From Myxococcota bacterium (GTDB lineage Bacteria > Myxococcota_A > UBA796 > CAJQPC01), in contig DASCPX010000070.1 in NCBI GenBank assembly GCA_036012755.1, forward strand, positions 224,001-288,000: a stretch of 64,000 bases of DNA. The letters are read 5' to 3'. The translations under genes and the position numbers were made by a program. Under the pieces are notes generated by a model. That model was given only the letters and a program-made list of their open reading frames with translations. It ran no database searches and was not told the origin of the DNA. Positions 38,982 to 48,347 of the stretch are shown one piece after another (position 1 is the stretch's first letter; the number at the start of each line of letters is the position of its first letter).

Positions 38982-40393
38982 CAGCGCTCGGCGACGAGGA
39001 ACTTCAGGATGCCGCGGCGGTCGACGGCGGCGCGGACCGACCACGGCCCGCCCGGCAGCTCCTCGACACGGAAGCTGCGGGGGAGCTTGATGCGGACTCG
39101 GGCCGAGGTCTTCGAGAGGACCTCTTCGAGCGGAAAGGGCAGATCGGCCATGCCGATCCCGCCCCTGTCGTAGTCACGGCCCCCCCACGGAGGGTCCAGC
39201 AACAGGGCGTCGTGTGGCTCCCAAAGCACGTCGAGCACGGAGCCGTGGCGCAGTCCGATGTCCACCCCGTAGATCCGGGCGTTGTGGGCGGCCATCTGGA
39301 GGCGCTGCATGTTGGTGTCCACCGCGAGCACGGTCTCGATCGCCGGAGCGCGCGCCGCGGCAATCGACATGCTCCCGATGCCGCAGGTGCCGTCGATGAC
39401 CCGGCCGGAGAGCCCCCTGACGAAGTCGGCGGCGAGGGGCTCTGCGGTCGCGCTCATCAGCCCCTCGTCGTCGGTCTCGATGCCCTCGAACCAGCGCGAG
39501 AAGAGCCGGCGACGGCGCGTGGAGAGGGGCTCACAGCGCGGAGGCTGGCGCCCCTTGCGAATGGGAGGGGTCACCCTGACGTGCAGCACCGACCCGCCGA
39601 CCGACATGCCGCTGAGCTGGTGCATCACGCGGCGAGCTTCCGCGGGCCTCATCGAGCCGGTCCAGCGCGAGGTGTCGAGCCAGCTGGGGGCGCCGGCGAC
39701 GGCGACCTCCACCACGGCGGGGTCCGACACTGCCAACGCCCGGAAGACCTCTCGGGCCTCTTCAGCCGCCTCTTTGTCCTTTCCGAGGACGGCCTCCTCC
39801 AGCAGATGCGGCAACAGCGCGAAGCGGTCCGCGATGAGACCCAGCTGCCAGGCGGCGGCGGCCCGGTCGAGGTCGGGGCGGCCCGCGTGGGCGTGGCGGG
39901 CCCAGCGCAGGGCCACCGTCCGGTCGCCTGCTGTTCGGAGCCAGGCTCCGTGGACGCCTCCGAGCCCGGGGCCGACCAGGATCTCTGCGGTGGCCGGCCG
40001 ATCCAGCGTTCGGTCCACGGATCGGCAGCCGATGCTCCGCAGGGCCTTGCGGACGCCCACCACGCAAGGGGGAATCAGGGTGTGGAGAGGGCCCTCCTTC
40101 AGCTCTGTCCGTGCCGGCCACGACTCCACGACGGCCAGCGGGTCGGTGGGTCGAGGTCCCAGGGACTCGATGTGGAGCCAGCCGGCGTCGACCTCGATGA
40201 CCCGAGGGCAGGCGGGATGATCCGCTCCGCGCCGGTAGCCCGAGACCTCTGCCTCGACGCGGGCTTTCGGGCCCGTGAGCGCCACGGTCCCGTCGGCGAT
40301 GCGGCGCCACCACCGCTGCGGCCCGCTCGCTGGGAGCCCGGTCCCCTCCTCGATCCAGTCGCCTTCGAAGGGAGGTTCCGGGGACTCAGGCAT
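38981..40393 (-). CDS. Tgs1-like (RNA cap guanine-N2) SAM-dependent methyltransferase with N-terminal extra domains
   Basis: RLFSRWFEGI..DDEG..SAT.E.LA, IDGTCGIG, AAHNARIYGV, LDPPWGG.DY. Confidence 0.8.
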   Translation of the reverse strand: MPESPEPPFEGDWIEEGTGLPASGPQRWWRRIADGTVALTGPKARVEAEVSGYRRGADHPACPRVIEVDAGWLHIESLGPRPTDPLAVVESWPARTELKEGPLHTLIPPCVVGVRKALRSIGCRSVDRTLDRPATAEILVGPGLGGVHGAWLRTAGDRTVALRWARHAHAGRPDLDRAAAAWQLGLIADRFALLPHLLEEAVLGKDKEAAEEAREVFRALAVSDPAVVEVAVAGAPSWLDTSRWTGSMRPAEARRVMHQLSGMSVGGSVLHVRVTPPIRKGRQPPRCEPLSTRRRRLFSRWFEGIETDDEGLMSATAEPLAADFVRGLSGRVIDGTCGIGSMSIAAARAPAIETVLAVDTNMQRLQMAAHNARIYGVDIGLRHGSVLDVLWEPHDALLLDPPWGGRDYDRGGIGMADLPFPLEEVLSKTSARVRIKLPRSFRVEELPGGPWSVRAAVDRRGILKFLVAER

Positions 40394-41126
40394 CTCGCAT
40401 TTCGCGTGCCTGGCTCGCGGAGGCCTCGATCTCCAGGACCCGCACGTAGACCAGGGTGGCGTCATCGTCGTGGCCGCCGTCGACCAGCCTCGTCGCCACC
40501 GTTGGCAGCAAGGCAGCCGGCGCCTCGCAGAGGACCCTCAGGTCCCCGGGCGGCACGGCGTCGAAGATGCCGTCGGAGCCGACGAGGAAGACATCGCCTC
40601 GCCGAAATGGCAGCGCCTGCACGTGGATGCTGGGCCGGATCGCGCCCCCCATGCCTATGTACGCGGCCAGTCCCCCGCCGCGCCGCTGGGCCGGGGTGAG
40701 GCGCTCGATGGTGCCGGACCGCCAGAGGAACACGGCGGAGTCGCCGATGTTGAAGACCGTGGCCACCGCGGCGTGCAGCCAGACCCCGGCCAGGGTGCAC
40801 GCGCTGCCCGTCGTCAGGCGGACCTCTGCGTCGGCCCGCTCGACCAGGTCGAGGATCAGGTCTTCGCCCGCTCGTCGGTCCGAGGTGAAGAACTCGCGCA
40901 TGCACTCGATCGCGGTCTCGGCTGCCCTGTCGCTGTCCACCGCGGAGGAGACCCCGTCCGCCACGGCGTAGATCGAGCCGCGGCGGGCTTTGAGGACGAG
41001 CTCCTCGCGAGGATCCCAGAGCCCGAAGCGGTCGGCATTGCGCGTCTTGCGGCTCCCGGTCCGGGAGAGCGCTGTGGCTTCGGTATAGGGCAGCGAAGAT
41101 GCCATCGAGCCGGGAGCATAGGACAT
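40386..41126 (-). CDS. PP2C-family protein phosphatase
   Basis: AVADGV, ACTL, NIGDS, GSDGI, GGHDDAT. The start could instead be 41105. Confidence 0.9.
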   Translation of the reverse strand: MSYAPGSMASSLPYTEATALSRTGSRKTRNADRFGLWDPREELVLKARRGSIYAVADGVSSAVDSDRAAETAIECMREFFTSDRRAGEDLILDLVERADAEVRLTTGSACTLAGVWLHAAVATVFNIGDSAVFLWRSGTIERLTPAQRRGGGLAAYIGMGGAIRPSIHVQALPFRRGDVFLVGSDGIFDAVPPGDLRVLCEAPAALLPTVATRLVDGGHDDDATLVYVRVLEIEASASQAREMRDA

Positions 41127-41204
41127 CCTGAGCGCCTCCTCGGTTCATCTGTTCCGGGGGCTCGAGCATCGAGTATCCTTAGTATTGGCCCTCGGGAGAA
41201 CGGA

Positions 41205-42770
41205 TTGGCCAGTTACCTCAAGGAATCTCTTCGCCAGGCCCTGCAGGACGTGAAGGGACGGGACGGCGGAAAGGCCCCGCCGCGGAAGTCAGCGCGCGCC
41301 AAGGCCGACGCTCCTCCGGACCCGAAGGCCGCGGTTCGACCTCAGGGGATCCCTCTTTCGAGCGAGCCTTCCTTCGACGAGGACATCACGGATTCGGCGA
41401 GCGCCGGTGGCGGAGGCGCGACGGTCTCGGTGAACGCCCCGATGGAGCCGCCGAACATCTCAGCCATGGCCGAGGCCTTTGATCGCCCGGTCATCGTGGC
41501 GCCTCCTCCGACCCGATTCCAGCCGCTGGAGCCGAAGTCCCTGGCCGCCGCGGGCATCGACGAGGGCTTCGTCGAGGGGCTCGTGCTGAAGTACCTCCTG
41601 GGCGCCCCCGGCGCGACGGGTCGCCAGGCGGCGTCGACCCTGGCGCTCCCCCGAAAGCCCATCGCGGACATCCTCGCGAAGCTCAAGGCGCTCAAGCAGG
41701 TCGAGATCAAGTCGGGCACCGCCACTGGTGACTTCCGCTACGACCTCACCTCGGCAGGCAGGAACAGGGTCGTCGACCTCCTCCAAACCAGCCGCTATGT
41801 CGGTCCGGCGCCGGTCACCTTCGAGCAGTACCTCGTCAGCGTGCGCGAGCAGAGCATCGCGAACGAGAGCCCCAGGAAGGCGGACCTCGAGCGCGCCTTC
41901 CAGGATCTCCTCGTGTCCGAGAAGCTGCTCCAGCAGCTCGGCCCGGCGATGACCTCGGGCAAGGGCCTGTTCCTCTTCGGCTTTCCAGGAAATGGCAAGA
42001 CCTCTCTCGCCGAGCGCATGACGCGCGCCTTCGGGACGAGCGTCTACCTTCCCCACGCCGTCCTCGTCGAAGGCACCCTCATCAAGGTCTTCGATCCGAT
42101 GGTGCACGAGTCGTTGGAGGGAGGCGGGCGCGCCACGCTCTCCGCGCGGGAACGGCTCGACCCCCGCTGGGTGAAGTGCCGTCGCCCGACCGTGGTCGCC
42201 GGCGGTGAGCTGACGATGGACAGCCTCGAGATCGAATTCGACGCGCGCACGGGGATCTGCGAGGCGCCGCTCCAGATGAAGGCCAACTGCGGCACGCTGG
42301 TCATCGACGACTTCGGTCGCCAGCGGATGGACTCGGCGACCCTGTTGAACCGGTGGATCGTGCCGCTGGAGCAACGCATCGACTACCTGCGGCTCCCTGA
42401 CGGGCGCAAGGTGCAGGTGCCCTTCGATCCGCTCCTGGTCTTCTCCACCAACCTCGATCCCAAGGACCTCTGCGACGAGGCCTTCCTGCGGCGCATCCCC
42501 TACAAGGTCAACGTCGAGGACCCAGCCGAGCGCGACTTCCGCACGCTGTTGCACATCCAGGCGGTCTCTCTCGGCTTCGAGCCGGACGACGGGTGCTTCG
42601 AGTACCTGATCGAGCGCCACTACCGGCGCGCCGGGAGGCCCTTCCGTAATTGTCATCCCCGGGATCTGCTGTTGCAGATCAAGCACCAGTGCACCTTCAG
42701 GGAAAAGGACCTGGTGCTGACCAAGGCGGGATTCGACGAGGCAGCCAACCTCTACTTCACGCTGCTCTGA
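41205..42770 (+). CDS. AAA+ ATPase with a disordered N-terminus and a winged-helix-like segment
   Basis: GGGAG before TTG 41205; GFPGNGKT, LVIDDFG, FSTNL, DEAFLRRI. Confidence 0.85.
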   Translation: MASYLKESLRQALQDVKGRDGGKAPPRKSARAKADAPPDPKAAVRPQGIPLSSEPSFDEDITDSASAGGGGATVSVNAPMEPPNISAMAEAFDRPVIVAPPPTRFQPLEPKSLAAAGIDEGFVEGLVLKYLLGAPGATGRQAASTLALPRKPIADILAKLKALKQVEIKSGTATGDFRYDLTSAGRNRVVDLLQTSRYVGPAPVTFEQYLVSVREQSIANESPRKADLERAFQDLLVSEKLLQQLGPAMTSGKGLFLFGFPGNGKTSLAERMTRAFGTSVYLPHAVLVEGTLIKVFDPMVHESLEGGGRATLSARERLDPRWVKCRRPTVVAGGELTMDSLEIEFDARTGICEAPLQMKANCGTLVIDDFGRQRMDSATLLNRWIVPLEQRIDYLRLPDGRKVQVPFDPLLVFSTNLDPKDLCDEAFLRRIPYKVNVEDPAERDFRTLLHIQAVSLGFEPDDGCFEYLIERHYRRAGRPFRNCHPRDLLLQIKHQCTFREKDLVLTKAGFDEAANLYFTLL

Positions 42771-42810
42771 GTTCGAGTCCAGTAGAGTCGTCCTCCTCGG
42801 AGGGCTTGGG

Positions 42811-44324
42811 ATGACGACCAGGGCGAGCGTCGCGGTCGACGCGGACTTCGACAACTGTCGCGACCTCCTGCGGCGGCTGTTCGCCTCACTCGACGGCGCG
42901 TGCGAGGACGCTGGACGGAGACCTGCCAGGCCAAGCAGGTCATCTTCCGGCGGGGCGAGGACAGTGATCGTGTCTGGTATGTCCAGAGCGGCATCATCGA
43001 CGAGTGGCACCGCGACACGTGGTTGGGCACGCGTGAGCCTGGAGTCCTGGCCGGCGAGCGGCTCGTGCTGGCCGATATGCCCAGGCACACCGAGCTGCGT
43101 ACGATCGTGCCAACGGCTCTGTTGGAGGTGCCCGGCGACGCCCTTCGCAGGGTGATGGAGGAGACCCCCGGCTGGTTCCACTTCGCCGGCTTCCTGGGCT
43201 ACTTCGCTGGCAGCAATGCCGTGGAGGGGGCGCTGGAGGCGGCCTGCCAGCTGGACACGACCAGCTACCAGTTCTTCCCGGGGGCACCCGCGTCGTCGTG
43301 CTGCCGGGGCCATACCAGGCCACCAACATCCGCATGGCGTACATCCCCATCCAGCGGCCCGCGGACGGCTGGATCGAGCACCACATGCCGCCGGCCATCC
43401 GGTGGCATCCGGCCTTTCCGTTCGCCATCCTGATGATCGCCAGCTTCAAGGACTTCGCGCCCTCCGGGATCGAGCTCGATGCCGGCGGCGGAGCGGAGTA
43501 CACCGAGACCGGGTTCTTGCTGCCGGCCCTTCTCGACGGTCAAATCCGGGGCTTCATCCCCTGGATCTTCCCCAGCAACATCGCGGCGATGTTCGCTGGC
43601 CGGGAGATCTACGGCTACCCGAAGACCTACGCGAACACGATCTTCGACGAGCGCTTCAGCCGCTTCATCCTGCGCCGTCGAGGCGACAACGCGATGACCG
43701 TGCGCTTCGCTCATCGCACCTGGGGCGAGGTGCGCCCGGGCGAGGTCATCGACCTCTTCCGCAACATGGGTGCCGTGATGTCCCTCCCGTGGAGGCGGGT
43801 CGAGGGCAAGCCGGGGTTCGACAACCCGGTCATCCCCCCGCCCGTGAACAAGCCCTTCCCGATCCCGTTGTTCGGTGCCCTCGGTCCATACATGGAGATG
43901 GTGTCCGGTCTGTTGCCGCTGTTGCCCGGGGTGCTGCGGACCCTGCCCGTGGCCTGTTGGAAGAGGAACTTCAGCTCGGCGATTCGCTATCCGGGCGAGC
44001 TCATCATCGCCCTGGATGGCAGATGACTTCGACGTCGACCAGATCGCCGGCAGCGCCTTCGTCGTCGACGGGCTCTCGCGTTGCACCCCGATCCGCCTCG
44101 ACCACCCCGAAGGCATCCGCATGCGCTACGCCGGCGAGACCGATCTGGATCCTGGCGACCAGGGGCACGAACAGATCTTGCGGCCGCTGGGTCCGCTGGG
44201 CCTGTGGCTCGAGTACGACATGACCATGACCACCGGGTCACAGCTCGTCGACTTCAAGCGGCGGGGCGCCGAGGGCCAGGCCCGCCGCCTCGAGTACGGC
44301 CCCAGGGCTCGCAGCGAAGACTGA
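42811..44324 (+). pseudogene. Cyclic-nucleotide-binding domain fused to an acetoacetate decarboxylase-like domain; about 3 frameshifts
   Basis: IFRRGE.SD.V.YVQSG..GE...PR (cNMP) and AGREIYGYPK (ADC-like). Frame changes near 42900, 43290 and 44010. Confidence 0.65.
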
Positions 44325-44330
44325 GGCCCC

Positions 44331-45689
44331 TCAGTCGTCGTCCCTGATGACCAGCCACCCCGCCACCAGGAACAGCGGCACCGGCAGCCAGTAGATCTGC
44401 AGCAGCGGGTTCTTCCAGGGCCACCAGCGCTTGTAGCGCGAGGCCAGCGACATCGGCATCGGGTGGAGCTCGCCTTCGCGGATCTCGACCCCTGTCATCG
44501 TGGCCTCGAATGTGCCGAGGATCGCTTCGTCGCCGTCCTCTGCCAGCGCCTTGCAGAGCAGGCCGATGTCGTCGTAGGCCGTGTAGAAGACCGAGGCGTG
44601 GACAGGCTCCTCGAAGACCTCGCCCTGCACCCGCCAGAGGAAGGCCTCGCGGTGGGCGAGCTCGATGAAGCGGACCTCGTCCTCGACCTTCGCGTACAGC
44701 GGCACGGTGGTGTCCAGGTCGACGAACTGCTCGTCGCCGCTGGACTCCAGGCGGTACTTGCCGCCCTTGAGCACGACCCGCATGGCGGTCTTGAAGTTCT
44801 CCACCGCGTCGGTGGACTTGGCGGGGTCCAGGACCTCCAGCGGTGCGCCGGAGACCGCCTCGCAGTCGAAGACGCTCCGGTTCAGCTGTGCCGGGTCGAC
44901 CACGTGGAAGGTGGCCAGGAGCCCGGTGAAGGGTCCGTCCCCCGAGATGCGCTTGGAGTCGGGCGCCTCTTCCTCTGTCAGGGCTCGCAAGCCGGTCGGG
45001 ATCTCGACCGTGTAGCCGGCCTCTGCTTCGTAGCTGCCGTAGGGAAGGTCCAGCTCCGGGATGGGCGGCTCGAGCACCACGGCCATCTCCAGCACGCTGG
45101 CCAGGACGCTGTCCGCGCGCTCCAGGGTGTCCGAGCTCGTCGCGCGGATGATCACCGCGCCGCCCTTGACGTTGAAGACGACCGTCTGGGACCACAGGTC
45201 CCGCTCCAGCCAGCCGTCCCAGATGTGGGCGTTGACATAGAGGACCTCGCCGAGCTCCTCGTGCTCGAAGCGCTGCAGCTCTCCGGCGGTGATCTCCAGG
45301 TCCTCGTCGTCCATCGGCAGGATCTGCTCGACGATCTCCCCGCCGAGCTTCGTGAGGTCCGGCTGGTAGAAGGTCGCGCTGAAAACGACGTCGGTGTACT
45401 CGGAGCTGTTCCGCATGCCGACGCGGGTGTCCATCGTCGCGTCGTTGACGGTCCAGCCCCACACCTGGAAGCCGTCCGCGGGATCCGGGACGTGGATCTC
45501 CAGCTCGAGGCCCGGCACGGGGATCGCCGTCGAGTGGACCGGCTCCTCGAGCTCTCCCTCGACGGGGGGGTCCTCTTCCTGGGGCAGCGACCAGCTCGGT
45601 GCGGTCTCCAGGAGGCTGAGGTCGACAGGCTCGCGCTCGGTGACCAAGGGGTCCTGGGCGAGGGACAGCGACAGCAGGGAGAGGACCAC
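44331..45689 (-). CDS. Secreted protein with a C-terminal TM anchor
   Basis: MVLSLLSLSLA-QD; C-terminal hydrophobic helix; GGAG SD. Confidence 0.75.
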   Translation of the reverse strand: MVLSLLSLSLAQDPLVTEREPVDLSLLETAPSWSLPQEEDPPVEGELEEPVHSTAIPVPGLELEIHVPDPADGFQVWGWTVNDATMDTRVGMRNSSEYTDVVFSATFYQPDLTKLGGEIVEQILPMDDEDLEITAGELQRFEHEELGEVLYVNAHIWDGWLERDLWSQTVVFNVKGGAVIIRATSSDTLERADSVLASVLEMAVVLEPPIPELDLPYGSYEAEAGYTVEIPTGLRALTEEEAPDSKRISGDGPFTGLLATFHVVDPAQLNRSVFDCEAVSGAPLEVLDPAKSTDAVENFKTAMRVVLKGGKYRLESSGDEQFVDLDTTVPLYAKVEDEVRFIELAHREAFLWRVQGEVFEEPVHASVFYTAYDDIGLLCKALAEDGDEAILGTFEATMTGVEIREGELHPMPMSLASRYKRWWPWKNPLLQIYWLPVPLFLVAGWLVIRDDD

Positions 45690-45733
45690 TCGAAAGCTCC
45701 AGACGGTGGTGTCTAACAGGCTAGGATGCGTTC

Positions 45734-46996
45734 ATGCTGTGGATTCTCGGTGTTGCCCAGGGGGTCGAACTCGTCGGACCAGAGGACGGTGCTGTCGACC
45801 TGCCGACCGAGGTGGTGCTCGAAGTGGCGGCAGATGCCGAGGTGCGCTTTTTTGGGCGCGGCCCCTGGGAGCCTGGCGAGGACTTCAGCATCATCGTCCT
45901 GCCGGACACCCAGTTCTACGCCTGCGACTGCAGCGGTGGGGAGAGCGCGACCTTCTACGCCCAGACCGAGTGGGCGGTGTCGGTGCTCGAGACACGGAAC
46001 GTGAAGTTCGTCACCCACCTCGGTGACTGCGTCGAGCACGGTGACGACGAGATGTCCGAGTGGGATGTCGTCGCGGCGGCCTACGAGACCATCGAGGCCT
46101 CTGGTGTTCCCTTTGGCGTCGCGGTCGGCAACCGCGACCAGAGCCCCTACGGGGACCCCGACGGGACCACCGTCGGCTACAACCAGACCTTCGGGATCGA
46201 GCGCTTCGAAGGCTACTCCTGGTACGGCGGCCATCGTGGCGACGACAACGACAACCACTACGAGACCTTCAGCGGCGGCGGCCTGGACTGGATCATCGTC
46301 CACGTCGAGTACGACCAGTCGTCCGAGAGCGAGCTGGCCGCGTGGGTGGCGTCTGTGCTGGAGGACCACCGGGACCACGCCGCGATCGTCGTCTCCCACT
46401 ACCTGCTGAACGGGAGCGGTCAGTTCTCCACCCAGGGAGAGCTCCTCGACGAGGCCCTCGCGGACTACGACGTCGTGGCGATGCTCGCCGGGCACTACAC
46501 GGCGGAGACCCACCGCAGCGATGACCACGGCGACCACACGGTCCACACGATGCTCTCGGACTACCAGGCGCTCGACAACGGCGGCGACGGGTGGATGCGC
46601 ATCCTGACCATCTCGCCCCGAGATGACACGATCACGGTCGAGACTTGGTCCCCGACCCGTGGCGAGTACCAGGACGACGCCGACAGCAGCTTCACCCTCG
46701 AGCGCGCTTTGTCCGCGCCCTGGGTGGATCTCGGGAGCTCGGCCGTCAGCGTCCAGTGGTCCGGCCTCGAGTACGCGACGGCTTATGAGTGGCGCGTCGT
46801 CGAAGAGGACGGGACCACGTCGGGTCCCTGGACCTTCACGACCGCCGCAGAGGCCCAGGTCGAGGACTCCGTAGGAGACTCGGGCAGAGCCCAGATCTCG
46901 ACCCAGCCGGGCTGTGGCTGCGGCTCCGGCGGTGCGGGCTTCTGGCTCCTGGGCGCCCTCTGGCTCAGCGCTCGGCGGAGATCTCCTCGGCGGTGA
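45734..46996 (+). CDS. Secreted calcineurin-like metallophosphoesterase with a MYXO-CTERM-like tail
   Basis: LPDTQ, HLGD, GNRD, SHY, AGH; GCGC..TM..RRR; TAGGAT-N6-ATG. Confidence 0.85.
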   Translation: MLWILGVAQGVELVGPEDGAVDLPTEVVLEVAADAEVRFFGRGPWEPGEDFSIIVLPDTQFYACDCSGGESATFYAQTEWAVSVLETRNVKFVTHLGDCVEHGDDEMSEWDVVAAAYETIEASGVPFGVAVGNRDQSPYGDPDGTTVGYNQTFGIERFEGYSWYGGHRGDDNDNHYETFSGGGLDWIIVHVEYDQSSESELAAWVASVLEDHRDHAAIVVSHYLLNGSGQFSTQGELLDEALADYDVVAMLAGHYTAETHRSDDHGDHTVHTMLSDYQALDNGGDGWMRILTISPRDDTITVETWSPTRGEYQDDADSSFTLERALSAPWVDLGSSAVSVQWSGLEYATAYEWRVVEEDGTTSGPWTFTTAAEAQVEDSVGDSGRAQISTQPGCGCGSGGAGFWLLGALWLSARRRSPRR

Positions 46997-48347
46997 TCAC
47001 GTGGTCTGGGACCCGGTCGATCTCTTCGAGCTGGTGGGCGATCCAGTCCCCCGAGCCCGTGATCACCCAGATGCGTCGCTCGGGGACGAGCCACTTCCTG
47101 GCAGCGATCGCGACGTCCGCGGGGGTGACCGCCTCCAAGGCGTCCAGGTCGCGGTCCCAGATATCGAGCCCCAGTGACCATGCCTGGGCGAGCAGCAGCT
47201 GCTGACACACGAGCTCGATGCGCGAGAAGTCCTGGGCCTGCTCGAGCAGCAGGTGGGCCATCGCTCGGTCGACCTCTGCTTGCGACACGCCCTCCTCCTC
47301 GATTTGGTCCAGGTGCTCCTCGGCGCCGAGGAAGGCCTCGCCGATGTCGTCGAGCGCGGTGTCGAGGTCGATGCGGAGCATTCCCAGGCCCGTCCAGGCG
47401 CGCATGTCTCCGTGGACCCCGTATGTGAGCCCGCGTTGCTCGCGGAGGTCCATGCTCATGCGGCTGTCGAAGCTGCCCGCGAGGATGCCCCACAGGACGC
47501 GCACGGGCGCCTCGTCGGGGTGGCCCGCTGGCGGCCCCTCGAGCGCTACCGTGAGCTTGGCGACCTCGAAGCCCGTGCGGTCGATCAGCCAGCGTCCGCC
47601 TTGGCCTTCGATGTCCTGGTAGGGCTCGGCCGGGGTGTCGCCCCGGAGCTGGCCGAAGTGCTGCTCCAACAGCGGCATCAGCTCCTCGACGTCGGCGTCG
47701 CCCGCCACGCTGAGGCTGGCCCGGCCCTCTCGCAGGACTCGCGCGACGAGGTCCTCTGCGTCCCGGGCGGTGAGCTCGCCGAGGTCATCCGTCCTGCTCG
47801 CATGTCGCAGGCTGTGGCCGATGGGGAAGAAGGCGTGGTTCACCGCGCGCTCGTGTACCGAGTGGATGCGGTACTCGATCGTCTCCCTGTGGGTGGTCCA
47901 GTAGTCGAGGTAGATCCTGGCCACCTTCCGGCGGAAGCGCGGCTCGAACAGGGCCTCGGCGACCAGGGCGAGGGCCTCGGCTTCGCGCCCCCGAGGCACG
48001 CGCAGGCTGGCTGACAGGCGGCTCTGGGTGAGCCTGAGGTCCACCCGGGCGCCCAGGCTCTGCAGGGCCGACTGCCACGCCGTCGCGTCACGCCGCTGCG
48101 TGTCCGTCCCCAAGAGCTCAGTGGCGAGGGTCGCAAGCAGCTCGCCCTGCTCGAGGTCCGCGTACTCAGCGGTGACGCCGAGCTTGATCTGCACCATCGG
48201 GATGTCGTCGCGGCGGGCGAAGATCACCGGTGTGCCGGAGGACAGGGCGTACTCCTCGAGCTCGGGGAAGACCGGGCGCTCCGGTGGCGTGGCCACAGGG
48301 GCCAACCGAGGCTCGGTCGCCAGGGCCAGGCAGCAGAGCAAGATCAC
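46965..48347 (-). CDS. M16 family peptidase, non-catalytic subunit
   Basis: GTGA-coupled start MILLCCLALA; FDSR...LREQRGLTYG; no HXXEH. Confidence 0.85.
   Translation of the reverse strand: MILLCCLALATEPRLAPVATPPERPVFPELEEYALSSGTPVIFARRDDIPMVQIKLGVTAEYADLEQGELLATLATELLGTDTQRRDATAWQSALQSLGARVDLRLTQSRLSASLRVPRGREAEALALVAEALFEPRFRRKVARIYLDYWTTHRETIEYRIHSVHERAVNHAFFPIGHSLRHASRTDDLGELTARDAEDLVARVLREGRASLSVAGDADVEELMPLLEQHFGQLRGDTPAEPYQDIEGQGGRWLIDRTGFEVAKLTVALEGPPAGHPDEAPVRVLWGILAGSFDSRMSMDLREQRGLTYGVHGDMRAWTGLGMLRIDLDTALDDIGEAFLGAEEHLDQIEEEGVSQAEVDRAMAHLLLEQAQDFSRIELVCQQLLLAQAWSLGLDIWDRDLDALEAVTPADVAIAARKWLVPERRIWVITGSGDWIAHQLEEIDRVPDHVITAEEISAER

Noticed and set aside
46127..46138. GNRD in place of the GNHD metallophosphoesterase motif
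   Set aside because: A single-base difference (CAC to CGC) in a sequence with other apparent errors; cannot be interpreted without reads.
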